From the NCBI GenBank assembly GCA_040954595.2, contig CM082586.2, positions 805,630 to 869,629 of the forward strand: a stretch of 64,000 nucleotides of DNA. The letters run 5' to 3'. The notes under the pieces are model-generated. The model was not told the DNA's origin. It saw nothing but the letters and a program-made list of their open reading frames with translations, and searched no databases. Below, in pieces: positions 38,649-51,000 of the stretch. Position numbers and translations under genes: made by a program. Numbering within the stretch: the stretch's first letter is position 1; every line of letters begins with the position of its first letter. Origin of the DNA: Balanoglossus misakiensis. Taxonomy: Eukaryota > Animalia > Hemichordata.

Positions 38649-41252
38649 TTAACGTACGTTGCTCCTCCTGTCGACTCTTTCCGACTGCGTCGAGTAAGGC
38701 AGACATTCTGTTTTTGGAAGTGCTTCCGGGAGTAACGCCAGTTCAAGCTGAACCAACGATATACACCATGGCATTGAAATATGTGTATTCATTGTGGGCA
38801 ACGGAAGACTGGACCATTTCTTGTTGTTGAGATCAAATCTGCACACGTGGAAACTCGATGGAAAGTTGCAGATATCGATGTAGTTCTGCATCATCACCGC
38901 TGACGTCGACCACCTTTTTGTCTCGCGCAGTCTCACAAAAGGGAAGACGCTGTTCTCTTCTCCAAGACTACCGACATGAATCAACCTACAAGTCTCCGGT
39001 AGGATCTTCATAATCAGAATGCGGGTACAACTCACTACGATGGCATACATGTTCTCTGAATCTCCCACAAGCTTCCAGATCTCATTATAGAAATGTTCAC
39101 TGATTCTCATGACTTCCTTGGCCGACCACTCCTTCTCATACTCATCAGGTGACTCCACATAGCCCAGGTAAACACTTGGGTCTTTGTATTTCAAATACAA
39201 GAAGTAAAAACGACCCTGGGATTGGCAAACATCTAGGAACTGGACGAGATCTGTCTCAATACCCAGTCGGTTGTCCTGGCTGATTTTTTCCAACTGTAGC
39301 GTCGGTACAATCTTTATATCCCAGCTTGGTGATAGGACGTTGGGGTCGTATATATGAAGAGTCAATGCATTGTCAACCACACCTCCTTCTAGTACATATA
39401 TGATGTCATTCTCGTCAACTAGTATTCCCAGAACAGAGAGTGAGCAGGTGGTAATGAACAATGGGATTGATTTTGCCCATAGTCCTGTTTTACAGTCATA
39501 ATACATGATCTTCCGCTGAAAGACAGGAGAGCGTTCTTGATACTGCATACAGTATACTCTGTGACTGTTAGAAAACCATCTCCTTCCGGGAGTGCGACAG
39601 ATTCCAACACCGTCATTAAACTCCTTCCACTTCCCTTCGCGTTTGTCATAGCAACAGAGGGCTTGGCTGCCATCCTTAATACATACAACAGGCATGACAA
39701 GGCATCCACGTTCTTCACAATCAACCACTTCTTCGGTTTGGATACCCTCTTCAAAACACGTGTCATATTCACTTAGAAACATTGCAAAGTCTTCTAATAG
39801 TTTGTCTCGCCCTCTCAGAGATGATCGAATCTGTCTGGTCTCATCTTGGAACCGAGCTTCTCCATCACGCCTTCTTAATCCTTCATCCCTCTGCAAGCTA
39901 TCGACCTTGCAATCTTCGGAATTAAAAGATCCTTCCCTTCTACAGCGATAGTTTCCACAGCTAGAACTTCGACTTGGGGTATTGGACAAAGGGTTTCGCT
40001 TGGATTGCCGCACTTTGTAGTCGGTCCTCAAAAACTTGACGAACTGGACAAATTCATTTTCCTTATCACAAAATCGAAGGCTGGATAGCTGACCAGGTTC
40101 GACGATATCCTCCTCCTCCTCCTCATCATCATCATCAGACTCATCATCATCATCTGGTCCGAATGCAAACCCTGACGACCCTATGGTCAAGTCGCCAGAC
40201 AATGATGAAAGCGACCCCTGCAAACGCCAGGAATCCAAACTCAAGCCATCTTCAAAATCAGAAGTGTCTGTCTGCACTGAAACTGTTTGCGTTAATTTCA
40301 TGTGATGTGTTATACTTTCCCTGGGCATCACATTTGATATGTTCCTCTCATCAGATAAAATAGTATCAACTGACGATTCCCCGTCACTGGCACTGCAGCC
40401 TTTCAGGGTCATGACGTCATTCCCCGGGAACTTGGCGTCATCAAATGATTCGAAACTATCTCTCAGGTCAAACTCAGTTGCTTCACTGCAAAGGCTTACA
40501 GAATCTACCGAGTCTCCGTAGAGTTTTATTCTGTTACTTAATCTCGGGGTTTCAACACAAATCGCTGAATCACCAATACTATCCAAATCTGCCTCTTTTG
40601 ACGAGGTGTTCAAGATTGCCAAATCAGATTCATCACCAAGGCTTGAAGCACCCTCTCTGTCGAACGACAGCTTACCTGAATCCGAATCACCCATGTCAGA
40701 GACTTCGCTGTAAATATCTCTTTCTTCTCCGGTCAGATCCATTTTTATCCCACTTAAGGAAAAATCGGTTACCATGTCTTCATCTTGGACATCGATATCA
40801 AGAAATTCCGCCGCGACGTAGACCTCTTCAATTTTGTCAAGTGTGACGTACAGCTTTCCGAAGTACAGATAGTCCAGCACTATCTTCAGTGTCAATGGAG
40901 TAATGGCAGAGTCATTTAGAACCATGAAATGTTGAACATTGGTCGTGTTTGGAATCCCACACCAGTGTTCTGTCAAGAGTTCACGGAAGTAGCCGCCGCT
41001 CTCCCTCAAAATGGCGGCATGGACCTGGAAAATTGTATTCCAGACCCACACTTCCACATCCCCGGGATAGTTCAAGCGGCGATTCGTATATGAGTAGAAC
41101 TTGTTACCTTTCCTCGCCACGTAGGGTTTCACATAAACTTTCCCATCCGTGTCCACATCCGCTTCGTCTTCACTATCCACCTGAATGTGAAGGTCTACGT
41201 TGAAAGCTAGGTTGGTCTGGGCACTGCTCATGTAAGACTTGGCGTCATTCAT
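38649..41252 (-). CDS. BTB/POZ protein with long acidic/Ser-rich linker and degenerate Kelch-like beta-propeller (867 aa, single coding exon)
   Basis: 2.6-kb ORF. BTB signature PGDVEVWVWNTIFQVHAAILRESGGYFRELL...LKIVLDYLYFGKL...VYVAAEFLDI. C-terminal blade-like motifs CYDKREGKW, YYDCKTGLW, IYDPNVLSPSW, RFDLNNKKWS. A polypyrimidine-AG acceptor at 41311-41310 lies 57 nt upstream of the ATG, with an in-frame stop in between. Confidence 0.88.
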   Translation of the reverse strand: MNDAKSYMSSAQTNLAFNVDLHIQVDSEDEADVDTDGKVYVKPYVARKGNKFYSYTNRRLNYPGDVEVWVWNTIFQVHAAILRESGGYFRELLTEHWCGIPNTTNVQHFMVLNDSAITPLTLKIVLDYLYFGKLYVTLDKIEEVYVAAEFLDIDVQDEDMVTDFSLSGIKMDLTGEERDIYSEVSDMGDSDSGKLSFDREGASSLGDESDLAILNTSSKEADLDSIGDSAICVETPRLSNRIKLYGDSVDSVSLCSEATEFDLRDSFESFDDAKFPGNDVMTLKGCSASDGESSVDTILSDERNISNVMPRESITHHMKLTQTVSVQTDTSDFEDGLSLDSWRLQGSLSSLSGDLTIGSSGFAFGPDDDDESDDDDEEEEEDIVEPGQLSSLRFCDKENEFVQFVKFLRTDYKVRQSKRNPLSNTPSRSSSCGNYRCRREGSFNSEDCKVDSLQRDEGLRRRDGEARFQDETRQIRSSLRGRDKLLEDFAMFLSEYDTCFEEGIQTEEVVDCEERGCLVMPVVCIKDGSQALCCYDKREGKWKEFNDGVGICRTPGRRWFSNSHRVYCMQYQERSPVFQRKIMYYDCKTGLWAKSIPLFITTCSLSVLGILVDENDIIYVLEGGVVDNALTLHIYDPNVLSPSWDIKIVPTLQLEKISQDNRLGIETDLVQFLDVCQSQGRFYFLYLKYKDPSVYLGYVESPDEYEKEWSAKEVMRISEHFYNEIWKLVGDSENMYAIVVSCTRILIMKILPETCRLIHVGSLGEENSVFPFVRLRETKRWSTSAVMMQNYIDICNFPSSFHVCRFDLNNKKWSSLPLPTMNTHISMPWCISLVQLELALLPEALPKTECLPYSTQSERVDRRSNVR

Positions 41253-41789
41253 TTTGATTCTTCATTCCTTGAAATGTTTCCAATTCATCGTGTCGCCACA
41301 TATTTGGTCCTGTAAGAAAAAAAAATATTCGCGTATAATTAAAATCATGTAATTTGAAAGTGTTATGTAATATTCATAAGATAGTAACATTTTTATCTTA
41401 TATCACCGCGCACATTTTTGTTTAATTCTGGTCAATAAATAAAGACCTTCGCTTAAATTTCAGAGTTGAGTCTTCGTTGATCGACTTATATTGCGAAGGG
41501 ACCAGCGAACAATATCAGAATGCGAAATAAATAATCTCTTTCACAAAAATGTTGTAAGATAAATTAAGCTTCTTAATTTCCAGATAAGTATTGAACATGT
41601 TTTGTTTCATCTCGATGACGACTGAAATTCCTGAAATTTTTAGTTAAACGTTAATTTAAATAATAATTATAAGTCGAGAGCACTCAAGTCGCCAATTCCT
41701 AAAATATTTATAGTAATTATTTGTCGAGAACACACAATCCAACCATCTGCATTCACATACCACCGATTTAGCATTTTAGTCTTTTCTAC

Positions 41790-41960
41790 AATTTTGCGGA
41801 TCTCAGGAACACAGCATTGCTGTGCAACGTGACTGCTGTAGTGTGACCTTGGAAATTAACCTTGGACAAAAAACATGTTCTACAAACGGCCGCGGAACCA
41901 AGAAATGAAAAAAACATGAAAGACAGACAGACAGACAGTAGACCATTAAACATGTGTACT
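41790..41960. mobile_element. Possible non-autonomous interspersed element remnant (TGACCTT motifs plus internal (ACAG)n)
   Basis: TGTGACCTTGGAAATTAACCTTGG followed by an (AGAC)n tract at about 41921-41940. Family not identifiable without a repeat library. Confidence 0.25.
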
Positions 41961-44767
41961 GCGGTATTTTTGTTATATAAAATGGTAAAAGACTATCTCA
42001 CATAATCCTTATGCATGTGAAGAAAAGAACCAACAAAATCGACATCCTACCTAGTTTACTATGCTTAACTTATTGATAACTATATTAATACACGTAACTT
42101 ATATTTTGCTGGAGTTCTTAATACCCAGTGCGTACTTACATGTTGACTTCTATGCTGTATACTAATAACACAGACCATTACTCGAGTATATGATTGTCGA
42201 TTCGATAATTTATGTTCATCGTAGAACATCTTCACAAAGCCACAGACAAAAAGACATTGTGAAGCAGCATACAAGAGGACAGAGATACTTGTCCAACAGT
42301 GAAGATAAACTTTCAATGCTTCACCTAACCAGGTTGAAATTCCAATAATTTACCTGAATGTACAACTATCATTGGTGCAACAGCGTGGTATGACAAACGC
42401 CCACTTATAATTGATTGCCCAGTAACAGACTGATCGCATTAGAATTCCGTTTGCATTTGGCTTAAATTTCTGCAGCATCAAGTGTTGACACATCGATACT
42501 TAAAAAGTGCTGGCAGTAGAAATATTTTGTTTCTTATAATCATAAACTAAATTTCAAACACCCAACTTGGTATATTAGCGCGGGGTTGTTTAATATCAAA
42601 CGTACGATCATTTGAAAGTTTGAATTTTTTTTTTTTTTACAAAAGATTTGAAATAAAATATGTATTATACTATACTATAATATTATTTAATACGCTGAAG
42701 AAAATGTGCTCTCGAAAATCGTAAACCGTTGCTGATATTAAGTAATGTGAGATACATAACAACACTCATGAAGTAAAGTCTAACTCTCTAATTTGATTAT
42801 TTCATTAATGTCATGTGTGACAACTTATGACAATACATTGTTGTGTGATGTTGAACAAACTTTAATTGTTGTTTGACTTAGTATTCTATTGTCATTTCAC
42901 GTAGGTCAAATTGGCTTGGCTTATAATAGGAAAATATACCCTCAGAGCCATTCAAAGGATTTATTTTGGTATTTTAAGTTCTCCGACAATAAATCTCTAC
43001 AATCCACACCACTTTAAAGGCTTTAACAATGGCCTATTCATTCCTTTAACAATGGAAGTGAAAGCGGGTGTCGCTGAAATCATGGCGTCGTTTCCGGTGC
43101 TTCTGGGCTGTTTGCTATGGGTACTGAATTTACCTCAGGTATTACACCTATACGCTTTGGCATCTAGATTTAATACCTAGGCATTCTATGTGGAATTAGC
43201 TGAAACTCTAAAAGATGACAGACACATGGCATTCCGCGCAACATTCGGGCACAGTCCCTCTATCACAGATAAAGGAGCTGTGATTAGGGATTACATTAGC
43301 AGCCTGATCTATAGAATTTATCGCAAACCCCGATACGTCTTGCCCGATCCCTTTATACGGTCAGTGGTTATTTTAAAGCGTAGAGTAAACAAACGTACCT
43401 GTGACCACACCATGACCACACCAAAAGACACTTGTCTTCAAAATAAACAAAACAACGAAATACTGAAATTGTCAACCGAGTTGATTTAGTTGCTACATAC
43501 CTGTCTTTGATGCAAACTCAATCCCGATAATTTTAATCCAGTATATCAAACGGGTTGTCTGTTTTCTGTTCTGCCGATCGCGATGGCGAATGACAGCTGA
43601 CAGCTCACGCCTTCAAACAGTCAGTGAACTCACCGAAGTTAAGTGCATGGTATACGTATGCTGTATGGAAATCGGTAGACCAATTACGGTTGAAAGTTGA
43701 GTTCGTTCACATGTAAATATGACAGCCCCCTTTGTTCAGGTGGGTTGAGGTTTGCATATAAATAGTTGGAATGTCGGGTACGGCTATGCAGTGTTGACCT
43801 CCTGGATGCTATATCTACACAAATCGGCCAGACTGGCAGGGTATACAGAGTGTTTCTTATGTAACGAGATAATAGGTGTCTTTATCGGGTTGATTTCTGT
43901 GTACCCTTGTTAATAGCATGTAATTCATTCGTTCGTTGATTATGCTGATCGCGCGAAGACACCGTGTTACCTAATATGGTCTCGCGAGTTTGCTCGAGAT
44001 TTGTTTCGCATGAACAGCAACTCAGTACACACAAAATGTGCAGTTCCTTGACCTAAAGGTGCATTTTTCACGGTCACTTCTTTGTTGAGAAATCAGACTG
44101 AGAACTGCGATAAAAACAGAGCAGTTATCACCACTTTAGGCTCAATCCAGGCATGCATGCATACATGCATGCATGGATATGTTGTTGGGTGCGTATGTAT
44201 GTATGCATGTATAATGCAAATATCTTCAATCATACCCACTCATATTCAAAAGGTCATAGATCACATATATGTACACAACCAGTTGCAATGACAAGCACAC
44301 AACAGTACAGCACAGGCAATCAACAAAAAACACAGCAAAAGTCAAATCCGTGAAAGAAAGCTATAATAATATTGTAAATAATAATCCGTTTACCAAAAAA
44401 TAGTTCCATTTTAACAGCAACCTTTGGAGGGCAAATTGGTACAGATCAAGGAAATATAATGTCATTTGTTTTGACCCTATCGTTAACAAAGATTCACAAA
44501 ATTTAATAAGGCTGCAGCTGTTTTCCGCTGTCTTTGAAAAAAAATACAACTTCCAAAATATATTGTCGTGCCCTTTCTCCGGCTACGAGAATAGAAAATA
44601 AGTTTATGATAAGTATAGTCATCAGTGTCATGGAATGTTGGTACAAATTGCTTTCTTTGTGAAATTTATGTTGGGAGTAAATTTTATAACAACGCAAAGA
44701 GTTTGAAGTCTCCTGTATTGGTTATGTGGTATCTGTTGTCCTTCTTTTGTTTATATGCAAATGTCAT

Positions 44768-47700
44768 TTAACCCAAAATCGGCCTTGCAACTTTTGGGAA
44801 ATCTCGTGGTATATGGAGTGATAATAGTTGGATGGTGTCATAAGGATGCGAAAGCACACATGGCGGTAAACGCACGCACGACCATTTGTGTTCATCAAGA
44901 TCATAGCAGCATATCATCTTGCTTTTTGGAAAGTTATAGACATAAATCTTGCTGTCAACCATGGCAACATCAGTGGCACGTTTGTGAGCATATGTCACGT
45001 GCTTGAAAAGAGCATGCGCATTGTCAAATCGCGCTATTTCCTCAAGACTCCTGCTTGACCGCTGGTGGCGCTTGATGAGGATGCACTTGTAGCTGGTCAC
45101 TACGACATATAAAGTTGTACCATCAGTCACCAGACGTCTGATTGATTGCCCAATGTGCGTGTAAGGGCCACCAACCACCATCTCTTCAGTGGCCGACCAA
45201 TCGACGCCATATTGAGTCTGACACTCCTCCAAGGAACCAAGATATATGCCTGGACAGTTTGCCTTGCTGTACAGAAAATATATCTTTCCACTACAGAAGC
45301 ATACATCATAGAAGTATACTTGCCCAGATCCGTCTGTTTGGTTTTGGTTCAGGGTTATGGCAAACCGATCCCACCTCTGTTGCAACTTGGCTCCATTTTC
45401 AAACACGTGCAGTACAATATCTCCAGACTGTGTTTTAGCTTTGTGTACTTTCCGAGTCTTTCGTTGCCGCGGATCTTTAGATTCCAAGACGTATATTTGG
45501 CCGTCGAGCCCTGACGTGGCTGTTATCCCATTGATGCAACTGGAAGTTGAAACTTTAGGTATTTTGCCACTCCAGATGGCAGACTTTGAGTTATATTCAA
45601 GAATCACGCCAGATCCATCCTGGTACATATTCTGTACATCCTGCAAGCTCACGTACAAATTATGCGCATGTGCAAACCACCTCCGATTCATCGAAATGGG
45701 AATGATGCGTGGAAAGTGTTCCATCTCATACCATGCTCTGGTCTTCTGGTCATAACAACAAAGTCTGTGTTCACATTCTGATCGGTTGTGTACCCGACTC
45801 AGGTAAACTAGCGTTAACGCTGGTCGAATAAAGTGTCCCACTTTGTTACACGTTCGAAGGATGGACGCCTTTATGCTCTTGGCTTTTGTATGGTATCCAA
45901 GAGCATGTTTCACGTGTCGGTAATGGTCGGCCATAAATTGATGGATTGTATGGTGAATATTCTTACAGTTATACTTTCTGCAGACTCTGTGCATTGTTTC
46001 CCAGTTAGAGATGTTCAACTGTTCACTTATGGTCTCCCCTGGCAACTCTATCTGCAAGAAATCCGCTGCAGCCAGAAGTTCCTCTGTCAATTCAGGGGAA
46101 ACATTAACTTTGTTGAAGTACATCAAATCCAACAAAATACTGAAAGCTTTGGATGTAGGTGGAGCCAAAAGAAATTCTATTGCCTGTCCTTGACGGATGT
46201 GGAAACTCTCTGCCCACTCGCTGGAAAGCACACCTTGAAAGTATCCACTTTTTTCCTTGAGTAAGGCTGAATGAACACGAAACACCTGATTTTCAATACG
46301 CACTCTCAAATCTGGCTGGCGACTGTATTCAGACGTCCTGTAAGTTACTTTCATGTACTCCTCTTGATCCACTGTTTGGAATGTACTATTCCTAGAAGAT
46401 GTTGAGTAGATAGATGATCGACGAATAGTGCATGTACTTTCTCGTTTTCCGAATTTCCGTCTTTGAAGGGTGCTGTTTTCGGACTCAAGGCAATTTTGGA
46501 GATCGGCGTGACTCTCATGACATGGCCGATCAGGTGTTTCTTCCACGTGACTGGTGGTCACGTGAGCATACTCACTAGCATAATCAGACTTCGGTCGTGT
46601 TGTAATGATGCATCTTTTACCGGCATTTATGTCGCCAAGTGATTGGTCACCTTCTTCCCAAAGTTCACTTCTCTCTTGCCTATATATCAAAGAGGTGCTT
46701 CCATGTATACTTGCACCATCTGATGCTAACATCGTGTCACTGATCAGTTGTTTATGATTTGCTGAGTTTGATGGCACCAAATAGTCATTCGGATATTTCT
46801 TTTTGATCTGTGTTGCAGTATATTTTATTGCACGTTCATCCTCTTCATTCATGTATTCTAAATCTCCTCCAAATCTCGTGGTGAGTTTATCTTTATTCAA
46901 AGTGTCATTATCACTAGAATAAGACGTTTCAGTCAGTGGTACCTCTTGCGTGTAGCGATTAGTGTGATCATACTCGTTTATGGCACCGCTATCATCATTT
47001 GTTGTGCAGCTCTCATTTGTGTTACATGTACTCTCATCAGTCATTCCTCTGCATGAGTTGGAGGAATGGTCTTCAAATACTGCTGGTACCGTCATGTTGC
47101 CCATTTCCATGGTGACCACACTTCCTTCTCCAAAGAGAGGCTCGTCGTCAATGTAAGCACAACTCAGTGGTGAAAACTGGTCATCCACCATCGATGAGGT
47201 GCAACTGATAGATGTTATGGTGTTCTGGCTGTGTGTGGTCAACGTGGAGGAAGAAGAAGACACAGTCGATGACAACGAACTGCTTTCCTCATAACTCGTC
47301 GTACAAATACTTGTGCCAGATTCAGCAAAACTGATACAGTCAATGGATGATAACATACTCAGTGTTTCACTGACACTGCTTGTGTTATCTATACACAGGT
47401 CTTTGCACTCTCTGACGCCCAGCACTGGAGTTGTCTTGGTGATTGATCGTTGAGAATCATCGTACCTTTGCGTGCGTCTCAGAGAACGGTATCCGTCATT
47501 TGTGCTAAGTCTTCGCATTCCACGAGGAAACGTGTTGCTTCCCCAGAACCTGCTCTCAAAGTCGTCCAAGTGAAGATCGCCTGTGGCGTGGCTTTTGGTA
47601 AATTCATCAGAACTGCCTTTGGAACGTATCCTTTCTAAGGTGCTGGTCGAACTCTTTGTGATACTTCTCTTACTGTTTTGTAATTTGCATTGTTCCTTAA

Positions 47701-47875
47701 GTAATGTCCGTTGTCCATTAGTGTGAGTTTCTTCTGCCTTACTGCATCCATGTTTACTGCTTCTTAAAATCACAGGAGGGGCCAACTGATTTGCGTCTGT
47801 GATGTTTGTCGATGTGGAGCTAGTTCTAGTAAATTTCTTCAATGTTGGGCGACATTCTCCTGTGTTGATCTTGTC
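44768..47875 (-). CDS. BTB/POZ (plus partial BACK) protein with about 500-aa Ser/Thr-rich N-terminal extension and degenerate Kelch-like propeller; start codon uncertain
   Basis: 3.1-kb open frame. BTB PDLRVRIENQVFRVHSALLKEKSGYFQGVL...AFSILLDLMYFNKV...LLAAADFLQI, then BACK-like LNISNWETMHRVCRKYNCKNIHHTIHQFMADHY, then CYDQKTRAW, EYNSKSAIW, CYDLDEHKWS. The frame is open up to an acceptor TTTTCATTATAG (AG at 47877-47876). The ORF-track start at 47842 is a TTG. Confidence 0.86.
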   Translation of the reverse strand, partial: DKINTGECRPTLKKFTRTSSTSTNITDANQLAPPVILRSSKHGCSKAEETHTNGQRTLLKEQCKLQNSKRSITKSSTSTLERIRSKGSSDEFTKSHATGDLHLDDFESRFWGSNTFPRGMRRLSTNDGYRSLRRTQRYDDSQRSITKTTPVLGVRECKDLCIDNTSSVSETLSMLSSIDCISFAESGTSICTTSYEESSSLSSTVSSSSSTLTTHSQNTITSISCTSSMVDDQFSPLSCAYIDDEPLFGEGSVVTMEMGNMTVPAVFEDHSSNSCRGMTDESTCNTNESCTTNDDSGAINEYDHTNRYTQEVPLTETSYSSDNDTLNKDKLTTRFGGDLEYMNEEDERAIKYTATQIKKKYPNDYLVPSNSANHKQLISDTMLASDGASIHGSTSLIYRQERSELWEEGDQSLGDINAGKRCIITTRPKSDYASEYAHVTTSHVEETPDRPCHESHADLQNCLESENSTLQRRKFGKRESTCTIRRSSIYSTSSRNSTFQTVDQEEYMKVTYRTSEYSRQPDLRVRIENQVFRVHSALLKEKSGYFQGVLSSEWAESFHIRQGQAIEFLLAPPTSKAFSILLDLMYFNKVNVSPELTEELLAAADFLQIELPGETISEQLNISNWETMHRVCRKYNCKNIHHTIHQFMADHYRHVKHALGYHTKAKSIKASILRTCNKVGHFIRPALTLVYLSRVHNRSECEHRLCCYDQKTRAWYEMEHFPRIIPISMNRRWFAHAHNLYVSLQDVQNMYQDGSGVILEYNSKSAIWSGKIPKVSTSSCINGITATSGLDGQIYVLESKDPRQRKTRKVHKAKTQSGDIVLHVFENGAKLQQRWDRFAITLNQNQTDGSGQVYFYDVCFCSGKIYFLYSKANCPGIYLGSLEECQTQYGVDWSATEEMVVGGPYTHIGQSIRRLVTDGTTLYVVVTSYKCILIKRHQRSSRSLEEIARFDNAHALFKHVTYAHKRATDVAMVDSKIYVYNFPKSKMICCYDLDEHKWSCVRLPPCVLSHPYDTIQLLSLHIPRDFPKVARPILG

Positions 47876-47914
47876 CTATAATGAAAACGATAGAATTGGT
47901 GTTAAGGCACTCAA

Positions 47915-48012
47915 CGACCAGTCATCCTTCAGACACCGATAGACACCCACAGACAAACAGACAGACAGACAGACAGTATGACATAAATCCCCATGTTGTT
48001 CACGGGAGCTAA
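47915..48012 (+). mobile_element. Possible Helentron/HINE-like MITE 3' remnant: (ACAG)n then short GC hairpin
   Basis: (ACAG)n at about 47950-47976, followed by the imperfect stem-loop CCCATG-TTGTT-CACGGG. Structural resemblance only. Confidence 0.25.
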
Positions 48013-51000
48013 ATATCACAGGGCGTGTCCTGAGTTGTTACATGGACAATAGTGGACACGATAACAATCACATACAGTTAAATTCACAGCAATTAATCTG
48101 GAACAATGCCAGAGTACTAGACTATTTTATCGGAGGTGATAAGTCAATTTGCACATAGTTGAAAACTATCTTTTCTGAGTGCTGTCACATAACATTTTCC
48201 TCCTTATCATAAATAGGTATTTATTTAATCATTTTAATCAAACATTGGTGACACCGACTATGTCGAATGTTAACAGTGTGTTGAAACAGCTAAGACTTCA
48301 TGTGTGGTATTGTAAACGAAGAAAACATATTATGCCAACATATTCTGAACCGTTAACGACAGCAAAATCACAAGCTAATCACTTTGAGCCAGCACTTCTT
48401 TGACATACCCGGATCTTTTCCTATCAGTAATAATAATTTATTCACACAACTGTTTAAACGAGACGCCAAACACAAATAAACCTGAGACAGAACAAAATGG
48501 CGGCCTACCGTTTTGCCATAGTTCACTACCGGATCTAGAACTATCTCCTTCAGTGCTCTTTTCCGCTCCGACCTCGTCGTTACGCTTGACTTAATCTTCC
48601 GGTAGAGAAACATTCTCACTTTCAGATTTATCTAGATCATGAATTGCGAAGCGTACAGCTCATGCCTGGAATACTTGTGATGTGGTATTCGTAAATATTA
48701 GCGCAGTCGGAGGTGGTATGGAGCGGGCCTCATAAACGGAACCTGTAAATTGGCTAGATGAAGTGGTTTAATATTTAGCTTTAACTTGTTGACGTCACAG
48801 GCCAAACAGCTACCTGGTCTGACCATTTAAGGGTTGGGTCCAAAGTTGATCTTGTAATGCTTAGTTGACTAGTGTGGTTGTTTTACCTTAATTATTAACA
48901 CAGGCGACTAATCGATGGTAGATATTCAGCATACTTTATGCCTGACCTCAAGATGTGTGTCATTGACCTTTAATTTTGCTGGAGGTGCTAAGGTCAAGGT
49001 AAAACTATTTTCAGCCTAAACGTAATTTCGCGAGATAAGTGCGATAGCGTAACAATAACAAGGAGAGGGTTCAGGTCACTCACAGACAAGCTGCACCGAT
49101 CGCTTTTGTTGACATAAGGGAATAGATACATCTGTCGAATCAGTCGATTTTACGGTGAAAAGGCAGAACACGAGACGAATCAGCTGCATTCAGTTATCTT
49201 TTTCCATAGAAACATTCAAGCGTGCATGCTGTCGCCATAGCAACACTTCAAAAATAACCACGAGTAATAGAATTTGCAGCAGTAACGACGGCACAATATT
49301 TTCTGGGGGTTGTGCATCGATGCTCAACACTAAAAATGAGGATTTTCGCTTGATACATACATACATACATTGGTGTACGATACACTTTCTCGGAGGATTG
49401 TAACAGGATTGTATCTGTATAAGATTGGAAATACGTTGAAATACAGAGGATACTGGGTAAAGACAACTATTACCACAATGCAGTTTGTTGTTTGGTAAAA
49501 AGAACAGTTTCCCCACTTGGAACGATTTTTTACCATCCAATCGATACATCTATACACATACTAATTTAATACTTATTAAAATAAGCCACTTACAAAAAAT
49601 CTTTATGCAAATTAACCTCAGGAAATCGATCATGGCTTCCACGAGCGAACGTTGATGTGGAAGATTGAAACTGGGAACAGCAAAATAGGCTGTTCCATCT
49701 ATCATCGCTTATGATTACGTCCCGCGGCAGCTTTCCAGTATTTGCGTACGTTCATTCGGTGTATTCGACACGTTTCAGATTGTTGGTGGATCAGAGAGTC
49801 TGCATGAGCTATGGGAATGGTGACTGTTGTTTTATGCCCATGATTTCACCTTAAAGACTTGCTGACGTGAACCCTTAAGCTGTCCTGCCTTCACCAGAGA
49901 GACACTAACTGCAGGTTAGTAGAATCATAACACCTTTTGTCCTTGAATTTAGTCTTTCAAATAAACCTTCCTCACCTGACAGTACTAAAGCTGCGTAAAT
50001 GTTGGATGTAGACACCATAACATAGCATTTAGCTATTTTATTTATCCAAGCACATTTATAGACCTCACGATTGTTTACTATAAAAAGACCAGCCGCCATC
50101 CATTTTAGAATTCAATATAAATGCAAAATTGTACTAGATTTGAAACTGTATAAATGGCTGTTTTGATGGATATTGTGTTTATGCTGTTTGACATTTGTAT
50201 CGTGATACTAGTCCTGTTCGACACAGATATTGAAGTTGTGCTGTCAGAAGGTGGGGCTTAATTCTACGCCATCTGCTACATTAATTACAATTTTTTCAGC
50301 TCTCCTTAACAGTCATACAAAACATGCAGTCACGCCATTTTGACGTTTTTCTGCTAAGTGTCTATGGATATTCTACAGCCATCATTTTCAGTAGTTCTTC
50401 AATCATCTACGGCAACTAAGAACATCATTCATTTTGCAAATCTCGTATTTTACGGCAATTGTTTACGGCTAAGGCGAATGCAGGAACCACAAAGGGATAA
50501 GTACATAAAATACGATTACATTAAAATATTACTAGTAGGTGAGAGAGTCGTGCGTGACCTCGTAGTTAAAACGACTGCCACTGTATGCGGAAAGGCATCG
50601 GAGATTCATACGGTCTGTGCCTGGTACATGACGTGGCAATCACAAATTGATACAGGTAGGAGAATGTGCCTTTCCTTGTGTGAAAATCACTAAATTTTCC
50701 CTCATTTGTTGTGGGGTGTTCCTTTAAGAGTCGGGAATGTTTTTGGAGGGGGTTGGGGTGAATGAAAGGTATGGCAAAATCAAGCAGCCCAAGCTGACGA
50801 TCCACAAAGACGACAACGAAAACGCTGAGCGAGACGAAGTGTTATTATCAGCAGAATGCTAATTTAGAGATTCTCGACGACACCAAGGGATCGGTTACGT
50901 CTTTTGTTGTGACGGTCTTTGTCCATCTAAAGGGTTTCAATAATGATTGTGCTACCGAAAATACATATTTTAAATACTGCTTTCAAACACATGAAAGCAT

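Noticed and set aside
44150-44215. Self-complementary (ATGC)/(ATGT) tract
   Set aside because: Short degenerate simple repeat with no further structure.
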